From assembly GCA_964187785.1 (NCBI GenBank), contig OZ076410.1, forward strand, positions 33,294,001 through 33,358,000: a stretch of 64,000 bases of DNA, written 5' to 3'. This document shows positions 48,585 through 60,775 of this stretch, one piece after another (position 1 is the stretch's first letter; each line of letters starts with the position of its first letter). Both the position numbers and the translations under genes were made by a program. This DNA comes from Amphiscolops sp. MND2022 (Eukaryota). The notes under the pieces were generated by a model that had not been told where the DNA came from, did no database searches, and saw only the letters and a list, made by a program, of their open reading frames with translations.

Positions 48585-50681
48585 TTGGTATCGTAGAAAT
48601 AGATAGAGGATATAGTGTACAAGCTAATGATTGCTAATTCTTCCCGTTTTATACTTTTTGTTGTTTTTTTGTATATACTAAAGGAGGGAGATGCGAATTC
48701 AGGTGTGTTTGCTGTTACGCTTCTGTTTAGAAGTGTTGGGGGAACTGAAGTCAGTGACATCGTTTGGGAGATTTGCTTTCCATAACGGTTCAGCTCTAAG
48801 CTGGGCTTGCGTTGATTCGCGAAGTGTGCGTGATCTTGGTTCGGGGAGGTGGAGAGTACGTGCTGCCTGATGCATAGCATGTCGGTACCAAGGCGAGGTT
48901 TCATTTGAGGGAAGATTTGATGAGACGGGGCTGGTCGGGAGGCTTTTCGTTAACAGGGGTTTGTTGGGGGAGGAATTGAGCCAGCTGGGTGATGTATTCT
49001 GGTAGGAAGGTTGGTTGGGAGAAATAGAGGGAAATCGTTGAAAAGGTGATTCTGCATGAAGAGGTCCGGATGTTGGGGTGGTTGTTGTGTGAGTGGTGGG
49101 AGCGATTGGGGCTGTTGGTGACGCAACAAAAGGAGTAGAAGGTGCAGATAAGGGGGTTCCCGGGGTAGCAGATGAAGGTGCGGGCGCGAAAGAAAATGGC
49201 CAAATACATTGATCGTGATCAAATGCAGAAGCAGTTTCAGGGTTTTCTTTACTATGAGGTTTTGGGTTTGCAAACTGACTTGTATCTCGGGTTGGGACAT
49301 TGGATGTAGGTGGGGGTTCTTTGAATGGTTTCAAGCGATCGAAATGAACCACCAATTCCTTTTGAGTTTGTTGGTCTTGAATCCGATAAGTTACGTCGTT
49401 GATGTCCTGCAAGATGACATAGGGGCCTTTCCACGGGCTGAAGAACTTCGATGTTTTGCCTGTATTGTGAAGCAAAACTTTCTGTCCTGCTTCCTAGAGG
49501 GGTCCGTGAACTTTGCTGTTATAGATGGCGTTTCGTCTCTTCTGGTTTTGATTGAGAGCGGACCGAGCCAGTTCGTAAGCCTTTTGGAAGGCTAGTTTGC
49601 GCGCGGAGACAAATTCATTCGTATTTGACGCTGGTTGATCTTTTGGGTTGGGGTACATGAAATCGATGGGTAATGAAATTTCTTGACCATAGACAAGAAA
49701 GTGGGGCGTGTAGCCAGTCGATTCATGTACGGAGGTACGATATGCCATCATGACATAAGGCAATTGTGTTGACCAATTGTCCTGCTCGTCGTTCACACAC
49801 TTGGCAAGCATGCTTTGAAGGGTCCGGTTCATCCGCTCGATAACAGCGTTGGACTGCGGTCGAAAAGCCGTGGTACGAGTTTTCTCAATCTGGAGAGATT
49901 GCATTAACAGTTTGAAGATTTTTCACTCAAAATTACGACCTTGGTCACTGTGGATGCTATAAGGACATCCGAAGCGGCAAATCCAATGTTGTAGCAACGC
50001 ATTGGCAGTTGTAGAAGCTGTTTGATCTGGAAGTGGAATGGCTTCGTACCATTTCGTGAAATGATCTCCAATTAGTAGTATGTGCTGGTTTCCGTTAGAC
50101 TGCGGCAAAGGACCCATGAAGTCAATACCAATGTGATGGAATGGGTAGCTAGGGTGCCAATCCGAGAGAGAATGCAGGTGTTTCTTTGGAGGGTTGGCCC
50201 TTTTTTGGCATTATTCACATCTACCAATGAATAATTTAATATCTTCCTTGAAATTAGGCCAGTAGAAACGTTGTCGTACTTTTTCAGTGGTTTTGAATAC
50301 ATCTAAGTGTCCTCCAGTAGGTGAAGCGTGAACTGATGAGAGTATTTCCTGGACCATATCAGGTGGTACTATCTGCTGCAAATAATGATCTCCGGTTTTG
50401 ATCAGTTCGAAACGTCGGCATAGGATGCCATCTCTAATTAACAGGCTCTTTAACTGATTGGCCAGTCGCCAGGTTAGACGGGGAGAACCCTGCAACTCCT
50501 TGTTGCTCGGTGTTGTACCATCGGTTATCCACTGATGAACAGTTTTCAGTGCTGGATCTTTCTGCTGGGCGCTTCGCAGAGGGTTTGAATCGTTATCTTG
50601 GAGGACTTTAGTCCCTTGAGAAGGCTCACTGATTTTTAGAGGTGACTTGTCTTCAGGAGCCAGTTGTTTTGTAACTTCTGG

Positions 50682-51096
50682 TAGAGTGAGAACCGTCACT
50701 CGGATTACTGAACCTTGAAACACATCTTGTATCATGTCCCTTACTTTCTTCCAATCCAATTTGTCGAGACCACATCCAATTCTGGGCAAGCTAATGCGTG
50801 TGACATTATTTGTTTCGGCATGGGTTCTCAACGCTATGAGAGAGGCTCTAAGGTTCTTGTATGTAGGTTTATGGAAGTAACGTCTTTTCGTTATTAGGTG
50901 GTACAGGAATCGCTGAGACTGGTTAATCACCTGGGGCCAAAAGGGTGCGTTGTTAACCATTTCCTTTGTAGGTATCTTCGTCGGGAATTGCAGTTTTAAG
51001 TCCTGAGCAATTCCGGAAGACATTTTGAAGTCAGCCGATATGCAGTGCGCAATGGAGTCGGCGACCTTCAAAAGGTCTCCTTCCTTCTCGGTGTAG
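50682..51096 (-). other. TARG1/OARD1 (C6orf130)-type macrodomain in frame within pol, between RNase H and the integrase zinc finger
   Basis: EGDLLKVADSIAHCISADFKMSSGIA...FLYHLITKRRYFHKPTYKNLRASL...ISLPRIGCGLDKLDWKKVRDMIQDVF. Confidence 0.9.
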
Positions 51097-53441
51097 TTAG
51101 CTTGGGTTGATCGGTTTGGCCATTCGGACTCGTCTTCGTAGTAAACTGTTCCTCCCGGCTGATCAACAGGTTCCGGCTGTGTCGAGACTATATTCAATGC
51201 TCTGGTTGGCGTGCGGGATAGACCGTCTGCGTGTCCAATGGACTTACCTGGCCGATGGACAACTTCGTAGTTAAACGCGGCAAGTTTCTCCAGCCAGCGG
51301 GCTGTGAGCGCGTCTGGGTCTTTGAAATTATGTAGCCACTGTAACGCACTATGGTCGGTGACTATCCTGAACTGTCTTCCCAACAGGTAATGTCTAAAGT
51401 GTCGCGTGAAGTTTACAACTGCTAGGAGTTCGGGTTTAGTAGCTGAATACCTCATTTGAGCTTTCGAGAGCGCCTTAGAGGCATAGCAGATTGCTCGTTC
51501 TTGTCCATCTTGTACTTGCGCGAGAACGGCTCCCATAGCAGTCATGCTAGCGTCAGAATACAGTATGAAAGGCTCCTTCATGGAGGGCAACGCTAAAATT
51601 GGTGTAGACACCAACTTTTGTTTCAGTGCTTCAAAGGCACTCTGGGCCTCTGGTGTCCACTGAAAGGGCGACTTGCTTTCACTAGCTTTATGCAAGGGTC
51701 GGGCTATGTCTGCAAAGTTTTTTACATAGCGGCGATAATAGGAACACAGACCCAGAAAAGACTTCACTTCCGTTGGGCTTGTCGGAATTGGGAAGTTTTT
51801 CACAGCTCTTACTTTCTCAGGATCTGCCTCGAGTCCATTTCTGCTGATGATATGTCCTAAAAAAGGGACTCGTGCTCGGAAGAATTCACATTTTGTCGGG
51901 TTGATTTTGAGTTTCGCCATATGAAACCTTTCAAACACTTGCCGAAGTTCTTCAGCTGTTTTCGACAAGATGATGCAATCATCCAGATAGGGGACGGTTA
52001 TTTTCCACGTCAAACCCATTAGAACACATTCCATTAGGCTTTGGAAGGTGTTCGGACTCCCAGTGAGACCCATTGGCATTCGGAGCCATTTGAAGGACCC
52101 AAACGGGGTGCTGAAGGCAGTTAGGTCTTGACTCTTGATGTCCATGGGCAATTGATAAAATGGACATATCGATTGTGGTAAAATAGGCACTCCCTTCCAG
52201 TGTGTCAAAGATTTCTTCTATCGACGGGATTGGCCAACAAGACTTAATGGTCTGGTTGTTAAGCTGCCGGTAGTCGATGACTAGTCGAAGTTTACCATTT
52301 TTCTTCGGGACTAACATAGCTGGTGCGCTATACGGGCTGTGACAAGGCGTGGTCAGGTCCTTTTCAAGGAAAGCATCGAGTTTTTCCCTTAGGTCCTCTT
52401 TATAATGAAGTGGCATCCGCCTATTTGGTAATTTCACAGGTCTGGAGCCGGGATACACGTCGATTTTGTGGGACGTTACATCACACTTACTTATATCCCA
52501 TTCATTTTTGGAGAAGACGTCGGAGAATTCATCGATTAATTTGTCGAACTTTTTCTGCAAGGAAGTGGACAACTGCTCGTCTACCGCTGTTTTCACGTGC
52601 CTCAGGTCATATTTATCATCCAATTTATCAAACTTTGCTTCTTGCGTTTCCCTGGATCTACTCATCCCAACATTTTGTATATGTTCCTTGGGTACGACTT
52701 CGGAAGTACCTAGTGTCGTATCTTTGTATACTGTAATTGGTTCATCACCGGAATTTTCAATAATCACCGGGATTACATCCGCTGTGAGGTTAAACAAGAT
52801 ATCAGGAGCCGTCAAGGCTTTTTCTCCACTGAACCGTTCATTTGGTTCAAATGCGGCCACCAGTTCGATTGGTGGACACTTCCAGTCCGGGATGAACGCT
52901 GGCACCACTACAGAGTGGCCCGAAGGGATTGAAATAGTATCCTGAGAAACTACGCGGAAAACTTTATTGTACGGAATTTCAAACTTTTTGTGGTAAAGAG
53001 GCACAGAAATTGAGTCGCTAATCAGTAGTTTCTTTTTCGAGAAGAGCGGGTCACATTTGTGATCTTCAAGAAAATCCAGGCCTATTAGGCAGTCTGATTC
53101 GGATTTGACCAACACATGAAAAGTGTGATCATACACTCTATCTGCTATTCGTACTGGTAAGCTAACCGTACCCCGCGTTTCAATGGGTAATTGGTTAGCT
53201 GCCTTTAATTGGGTGGTCGAAGGTAACAACTTGAGTGGGGTTTTAGGCTGTAAGGAGTCGAAAACCGAGCTACTAAGGCAAGATACACTGGCACCACTAT
53301 CGCAAACGGCTTCAATGGTGCGATCCATAATTTGGATTTTGACGAAGACACTTCGATGATCCACTACTGCATGCAGCAATTGTGGCTGTGGGTCACTGCT
53401 TATTTCATTGTCTGCGCTTCGACCCGTCAGTGTAGACGACT

Positions 53442-54633
53442 CTAGTTTAAATTGTTGTTTTGATTGCTCCGGCATTCATTTTTGAAATGCCCAACTCGGC
53501 CGCACTTGAAGCAGGCCTTACAATCGCGAGAGTCGTGATTATTGCGCTTACAGTGTTTACAGGGCTACCTTTTACTATTGCTTTTGTTCGTTTTCTTTGG
53601 CTCAGGCGAGCGTCCTCGGTTCTGTTGGTTGTTCTGATTCTTTTTGTTCCCTTTATAGTTTGTCTGGAAACGTACTGATTTGCTATTATTGGATTCAACA
53701 CTACTTGATCGAGAATCGCGCGATTTCTCTGTAGGAGGTATCGCCTTGTTCAATTTTTCCGCTAAAGTTCGGACAAACTGGTCCATCAAGTCGGTACTGA
53801 TCTGTTCTGGTGGATTCCGTGAGACCAGGTTTACAGCTGAATCAGAAGCTTGTGGTGGTGGCGGGGCGCCTTTTTCAATTTCTAGAAAAGAGTTAAGTTC
53901 CATTGCCATGGTATGGGCATCATCAGCCGTTGCCGGTTTGCTTTTTTTTGAGTTCCCACCGGAGGGTGGAATCACTGAGGCCTTCGATAAAACTGGTGAG
54001 GACGATTTGTTCGACAAGGTGTGGGAAGGCACGATAGGCCCTTCGCGCCAGTGTGCGCACATCGCACAGAAAGGATGCAATATCCTGATTCGGTTGCTGC
54101 CGGGCAGCTTTTAACCTTGCCTTTAAAATGTCGACATTCGTCGTGTAGTTTTGTCTGAACGCGTCCACGAGTAGTGTAAAGTCTGTTTGTTGTGCCACCG
54201 ACAAGGTGGTGAAAAAGTGCAATGCATTTTGCCTAAGACGCAGAGCAAAGTAGTGGGGACGGTTGTCATGGGTTGTAGAGTACCAACCCGACATGAAGGC
54301 AGCGGTATTAAACTGTTGTAGATAGTCTTCAAAATCACCAGAGCCAGTGAAGCTCTCAGGCATCAGACATGAAGGCAACGGGGTCGAATGAGGTGTTCCT
54401 GTGGTTCCCATGGGTGTGGGGAACGGTGTACTAGTCGGAGGAAAAGCAGAGCTAGATGTTCCTGCTGTTGCAGTAGGGGTCGTTCCAACCGACGTGGTTG
54501 TGGTTGTGCAGGCTCCAGTTCCGCCTGATCCTGTAGGTGGAGAAGGCGCGGCCGTACTAGCTGCCGTAGTGGTAGGCGTGGCGGCGCTACTAACGGGTGT
54601 GGACATTGTTAATTGTTCTATATTTTGCGTCAA
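53442..54633 (-). pseudogene. gag: gag of element E (capsid-like domain, two CCHC knuckles; frameshift in an A8 run at ~53945 and TAG at ~53565)
   Basis: PESFTGSGDFEDYLQQF; ARQQPNQDIASFLCDVRTLARRAY; CKHCKRNNHDSRDC; CFKCGRVGHFKNEC. Confidence 0.9.
53445..53451 (-). promoter_or_regulatory. -1 frameshift slippery heptamer T TTA AAC at the gag/pol junction of element E
   Basis: gag frame ends AAT TTA AAC TAG; pol continues in the -1 frame (...QQFKLESS). Confidence 0.8.
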
Positions 54634-55658
54634 CTGGGGTTATTTAGCACGAAGGTGTCAACATACGATAATCCGGTACGTAGCTTTCGAGGAATTCGAT
54701 GAAGGCCGTCCACAATTTAGCTAGCAACAAGAATATTACTCGGTCGTTTACAAAAACGGGGGTAAAGGAGGGTTGCACGTTACTAAATATCGCGTTGCGT
54801 GATCCAGTCACTTCGTGTTGCTGATAATGAATGAATTCTAACCGGTAATGAAGACTCAATTGATGCGGTGTTAAAAGCGGCTCCGGTCGGAACAAGCGTG
54901 GTATTCTGTAGGCTCGTGCCTGACAGAAGTAACAAGGAATTAGGAGGTCTCTTCGCGTAGCGCTAGGTGAAGCCGAGAGAGGAAAGCTGAATAAGAACAT
55001 GAACGCGAGTTATTACATTAAGGTTTTAAATGCGACTCGGGCACACATACTGTGCGTGCGTTGTACTTCAAAAACTAAGCCAAAGACTGCTATTATCAAA
55101 AGCGACAAGGCTAATGTCGTTGTTGCTAGAAAGAAGGTAAATAAGCACACTGGAGGTGAAACAGCAGAGCGGTGGCTTCTATATGGTAACGGCAACGACG
55201 TCGGACGGGACACAAAAGCTTGAACTGGGGGCTGGACAGCGCTAGGATACGTCGGTGCCATTTTCGCAGTTAAACCAAATCAAAGTTAGGCAGACCATAG
55301 TGATCGAAAAGGCCATAGGGGCAAAGGAGTAAAGAAAAGCAAAATAGAGAAAGACTTTTTCGTATTTTTCACTAAATACTTACTTCCAAGTTCTTAGCTT
55401 AGGGCCGTTCTTATTGGGTCAGCCAGACTCGCAAAACTGCGGGGTTACTCAGCAAACTGCTGGAACTAGACACAGACCGAAGTCCGGAAAGAAGTCTTAC
55501 AGAAACTAGGCACGGATTAAAATCCGGTGAAGGATCTTACTCTGGCATGGGCACTGTCCGAACAGTGTTGAAAACATGAAGGGAAGGGTCTGATGACAAA
55601 ACTAAATGAGGCTTCTGCGTTGATTTTAGAATTTTCGAAGAGATTTTTCACTCGAGAT

Positions 55659-55676
55659 ATCCCACTCCTGTCACCA
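55659..55676 (-). promoter_or_regulatory. PBS TGGTGACAGGAGTGGGAT (tRNA-Leu-like)
   Basis: 3 nt downstream of the 5' LTR; complement ATCCCACTCCTGTCACCA resembles eukaryotic tRNA-Leu 3' ends. Confidence 0.85.
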
Positions 55677-55679
55677 TTT

Positions 55680-56425
55680 TATAACAGCCTTTTCTTATAG
55701 TATGAAATTATCTTCTTCGTATGGGTTCGCTGACTGTTATGATAATTTGGAATTCAGTAATTTAAAATTACTAAGGCTTTAGGACTACCGTAAGAGAGAT
55801 ATCTTGAGTGAAAGAGAAAAAGTTTTTTTTTGCTTTTTGGGGAAGAATTTAAATTAAAATGAAATCAGAGTTAAGAGATGAAACAAAGTTTTAAATACTT
55901 TTACAAGTTTACAAACTAACATATTGGGTGGACTATGGGTGGCTGAGTTGGAGTTCTGAATTTGTTTCTTCTTCAGTTCATGGTTGTTGTCTTCTGGTTT
56001 GTAGCTTCTCCAATTGTTGAATGATTAGATATCGATTTTTATTTTTGTTAAACAAGATTAATAAACGGCATGAACACGATAAAACGGGTTCGAAAGAACA
56101 AGATTAAGCTCGCAGAACTCAAAATCTGCAAATCTGCAATTAATTACATTAGGCTCTGGATAAGTCCAGATAATTGAACAAAAACGTAAATAAATGGGGA
56201 TCGGAGTAATTGGACAAGATTTAAATGCGGGGTTTACAAAATACTGTATAAAACACGTTGTAGATCTATCTGTGTAATTATGTGACTGGTTTTGTACTGA
56301 TAAGCAAATTTGTATGTAACTTAGAAACATGAATTGTTTTAAGTGCTTTCTTGTTTTGTTTTGTTGCTCTGGCTTTTGTTTACTAGGGGCCGTCTTTGTT
56401 TTCGTGTTACCGCTTGCTTGTCACA
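55680..56425 (-). repeat. 5' LTR of element E
   Basis: Direct repeat of 43951-44695. Confidence 0.95.
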
Positions 56426-58589
56426 CATCTTTAACGTCAACGCCACATACACACCTGCCCTTCGACGGCGTATACCAAAATTAGGCGTTAGCACGGTAGC
56501 TGCTAGGTGCTTTCAAGTATATTAGATCGCCATTATCGGAAGATGCTCGTTAGTGCAGTTGGGGATGATTCAGTCAATTGCTGCAAAAAGTACAGATCAA
56601 GAAGTTGATTCAACAATGTTTAAACAATGTCCCGATTTTTGCGAATGCTCCACATTTCGTGATCAAGTCCATTTTTATTTCATCTCATTTTTTCTTATTT
56701 AAGTTTTGGCTGAATTTCAAGCTTTTTAAAAATTAAATACCAAATAAATGGAGAAGTCATCAAAAAGCAAAATTTCGAATCAAGTGAGAGTTTGTTCTGA
56801 TGTCACTTTCCCCAACCGCCTAAAGGGAACCTGAACCCCAGATGAGGATTGTCTCCGAGTTCCGAAAGGTCTCACAAAGAGGAGCTGAAAACGTTCTCTA
56901 GTCAAACCCAAGTATCGAAATTTCCAAATGCAGGGAGCACATTTTCAGGTACAACCTGTACCATATCGATGGCGCAAACTATAAATTTTATCTATAATTT
57001 TGGGTGTTTTTCTGCAACCCGGCGGCCTAAAAATAGTCTTCATAACGTACAGGACGTGTAGAGTTTGAGAAGATAATGCCACACGATTTGGAACTCAACT
57101 ATATAGTTGATAGAACGTCAACCAGTTACTATTTCAGGTGTTCACATTTCGTTAAGATGTTACATTCCAGTTTGAAAAAACTTCTTCATTGCAGTACTCA
57201 GAAAGTCCAAAGTTGGATAACTCGAAATCGAAAGAAGTAAAAAGATGTTTCATTTTGAAATTTTGTGCTAACGAAAGTGACATCTACTTCCATTTCGAAA
57301 AACGGACAAGCGTTTCTTCAGAAAACCAATTTGTAGAATGTCCAACGCCTCTAAAGATGATAGCTTGTACAACTTGATTATAAGAATCAAAAGGAAAGTT
57401 TCCCATTTTTGTATATCAATGCAACCATGATTCAGGTTAGTGTCGAAAGTCTCATCCACAAAGTTTTCTTGTGGGCTGGAAAGGTTAATAGAACCACGAA
57501 AGGCAAAGTATACACTCTGTAGGCTCCAGTCAGCGTAATAGGCTGAGAAAATATCAGATGAAGAATTTAGTAGCAAAGCTGCGATTCCATATTCACAGTA
57601 TATTCTAGATTAGCAAAACCTCAGAGCATCTGAAACTCCTTATATAGGTATTATAATGCAACTGAAAACTGAAATTTTCATTGTGAAAGTAAATGGAATC
57701 TTCGAGGTTTGAGAATAACACGGCAAATTATGGAGAAATTTTTTCGATGAGTCGTTCGAGCAGTCAGTGGGCCAGTCAATCAAAAAAACATAGGCTCTGA
57801 CGTGCTAAGCGCAATTAAGCTTAGCACGTCAGTAGCCTGCTGTGGATGAACACTCGAGAACTAGAACATGGGCACTTGCCTCGGGCATCTTTCAGAGGAA
57901 GAATTTCTACTGCATCACAAATACTCTCGAAGATATTTACCTTAGAAAACCAAACAGGCTAAAATGCCGCCTTTGATCAAGGGACATTTTTCCGGCAAGA
58001 AATGCACCAAGGATTAACTTTAGCAAGATAAAAGTTGTTACTCGATAAATAAGGCTCCGACCAAATTTTAACTACTAACCAACTTGATTGCCAAATTTTT
58101 CAATTTCGCAGAGATTTATGAGAGTGTTTGTACTTGAAAGGGGCACTTTGTTGTACACCCACACTTGACGTACACCCAGGCACCCCTGCTACCCCTTCAT
58201 GAACCTGTCCACAGGGGGAACAACTATCCCCATTTGTGCACACGCTAATGTTAGCGTGAACGATGAAATTGTTAGCTAAAGCTGAAACACATCTAAAGTT
58301 TTAAAGGAAACAAGCCGGGAACGGTCCAAATTGGCGCCATATCTAAGGCTCAAAAATAGCAAAAGAAATTCAAAGTGTCAAGTATTCTCTTTTACTTTAC
58401 AGTACCCGAATGAGGAAAAAAATTTTGCGAAAAAAATTTACATAGTGCCAAAAAATGTAAAAGGAGGACCATTTGGGATTTTTTGAAAATCCATTCTGTT
58501 ACAAAATATAAAAAAAATGAAGGGGGAACATTTTGAGACATTGAAAAAAGGCTCACAAAGCTGAAATAACATGCACAACAAATTGATTA

Positions 58590-58665
58590 AGGGAGAGACC
58601 CGAACCCACGTCTTTCTACCTGGCAGACCCCAAAAAATCCTAATTAACCTCTATGCCAAGTGGCA
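58590..58665 (-). other. Possible tRNA-derived SINE head (Pol III A and B boxes)
   Basis: Minus strand TGGCATAGAGG ... GGTTCGGGTC spaced ~40 nt; no full cloverleaf. Confidence 0.35.
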
Positions 58666-59548
58666 ATAGAAGTTACATTAGTGTGACCGTTAGTGGGGGC
58701 CATCTTATAAAGCTTACAAATCTGTCACTTCGTTGGTCTTAAAAAAACGAAAAGTCACTGCTATAGTCTTCTGCGTTTTTCTACGAAAAGCGTCGACTAA
58801 AAGTTTTCACTGATGAAGACGATGAGATGCTAATGTCGAAAAAAGTGAAAAGAGCATAATTGACGGTCGTTAAAACTATGCAAAGTTGAATTATGAAAAC
58901 CAACCAACCGAAAGAACCAAACAACCATCTGGACATCTACATCATTATCTAACACGCTTTTCAGAACGAGACTTTGAAGCTGCGAGCCAAACGCGTTGAT
59001 GTTCATAAAAAAGTTCCATTGTTAAAAACTTAGTAAATAGCGTCAGCCTGTTTGAGAAGCAACTTCCGATTGTTTATTGTCCGTTTCCCGCTGAGCGTGT
59101 TTCTGATATTCACTAGCATACTCATCAAGAAAGTGTTTCGATATCTAAGCAGGTTGCATTATATCATAACTGAGTTACCACTCTCTTTCAGAATTATCAA
59201 AGTTTTTTCAAACCTTATTCCAAACTGTTATTTTAAATTTAGTATTTCAATTTCATTTAAACGTCTGTCTAAGCCTGTTTTTTTTGCCAGATAGATGCTG
59301 GAACGAACCTTCACAGCAAAGAAGACATCAAGATTATACAGCTAGTCAACCCAGTTATTGGAAAATAAAGTGTTCACCTATAAAGAGGGGCAATCCTTAC
59401 TGATCTCTAGAAATTGTTAGCATCTAAAGTTGCAAAAAAACTATAAAGGGTCTCTACCATTTTTAATGGAGATCGTTTCAGATTTTTCAACAATTCTGTT
59501 GCAAAATAGCAAAAAAAATGAAGAGGGACCCTTCGAAGACATTCAAGA

Positions 59549-60351
59549 TGTAACGTCAAGCTAACAGCTACACTCTAAGAGTGGGACAATGCCTAGATTG
59601 CCTTAACAAGAGACCAGTGTCTTACAACAACCTAGACATTAGTTTTTCTTACCGAAAAGGTCTCAATAGGGACTTTCCACTGGTCTAAGGAGATTCCTCA
59701 TTTTAGAGCTCCGTGGCGACGTGCCGGCATACTCAAAGTCCGGACACGTCCCACAAGCCTGTGAAAACAATTCTTAAGGTTCCTGCGCACTCCTACATAC
59801 TTCAGAGGTCAAAAAGATAGTTTACCTGAAAAACCATTTTTTGCCGAATGATATATAAAACGGGCATATAATGGACTTTTTAGGTCCAATTCCATCACAC
59901 ATCTGTCAAATTACATAAGTAAACAATGTATAACACCGAGAATGGCATATCTTGGTCTTTCATGAGATCTCTAGAATTCTCTGGATTGAACCATTGTTGG
60001 TTCTTGATTCCTTTGCGGGTCTTCCAGGACAATTTCCAGGTTAAATGGCACACAACTGTGTTCTTGAACGTCTTTCTCTCCTGGGATGATATGTCTTGTC
60101 TCTGGTGGGGTTTCGGGTGGCTCTGGGTGTGCTTTTTGGGAGTGGCGGAGGGGGTGTCTTTATTTTCCTGCTTCCTCCTTTTAGATTCCAACGACCTGCC
60201 AGGTCGGCCATTTTGACTCGAACACTTTCTGGTTTTTCATCGAAGTTTTGGGTGTTAACTGGTGGACGTTATATCCTTCCCGGGCCGTAGTTTGACGTCC
60301 TCACCAAACGAGAGAGGATGCAAAATTACATACCCAGTGGGTTTAGCAACA
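59549..60351 (-). repeat. Putative 3' LTR of element F
   Basis: Minus strand starts TGTTGC after A-rich aagaaaaaactgaaatga and ends ...GTTACA; partner copy not in the window. Confidence 0.35.
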
Positions 60352-60775
60352 TCATTTCAGTTTTTTCTTAGATCTTACTGCTCAAAATTTCTGTATAGTC
60401 TTGATAGCATTTTCAACATGAGCACTATTGGATTTTTCGATTGAGCGCTTTTTCACCATTTCTAAGGATAAAAACCGTTTTCGTTGAAAACTATTGCCAT
60501 TCAGTCTGGTTAAAAATATCCTTTAAAGGGTGGTTACACTTGACCAGTAAAACTGAGACTTTTAACGCAAAATAATAATTGCACTTTTTCTTGGCAAGCA
60601 GGCAGGTACCAAGCTGAGACCTACCCTACCAGGTAGTTATGTTAATATCATTGGTAACTTTCGAATTAAACTGAAATTGCACATATCTCTAACTTTTGCA
60701 CTTGGATAGGAATGTTTTCAATAAGTTGTTCGTGGTAATCTTAGTTTGATTGGCAGTGTTCAGTTCCTTCTCCAT

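Larger units (their letters stand above)
48699..53475 (-). pseudogene. pol: pol of element E: protease, RT, RNase H, macrodomain, integrase (several frameshifts)
   Basis: VCDSGASVS; LRLVIDYRQLN; YLDD; YSDASMTAMG; VHASPTGGHL; DHFTKWYEA; HSDQGRNFE; AVIERMNRT; WKGPYVI. Confidence 0.95.
43951..56425 (-). mobile_element. Element E: full-length 12.5-kb env-bearing Ty3/Gypsy (retrovirus-like) element: gag-pol(macro)-env-J-domain ORF
   Basis: 745/746-bp LTRs (7 substitutions + 1 indel by eye); perfect 4-bp TSD CATC (43947-43950, 56426-56429); PBS 55659-55676; PPT agaaagaaggaagtgg at ~44696-44711. Confidence 0.96.
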
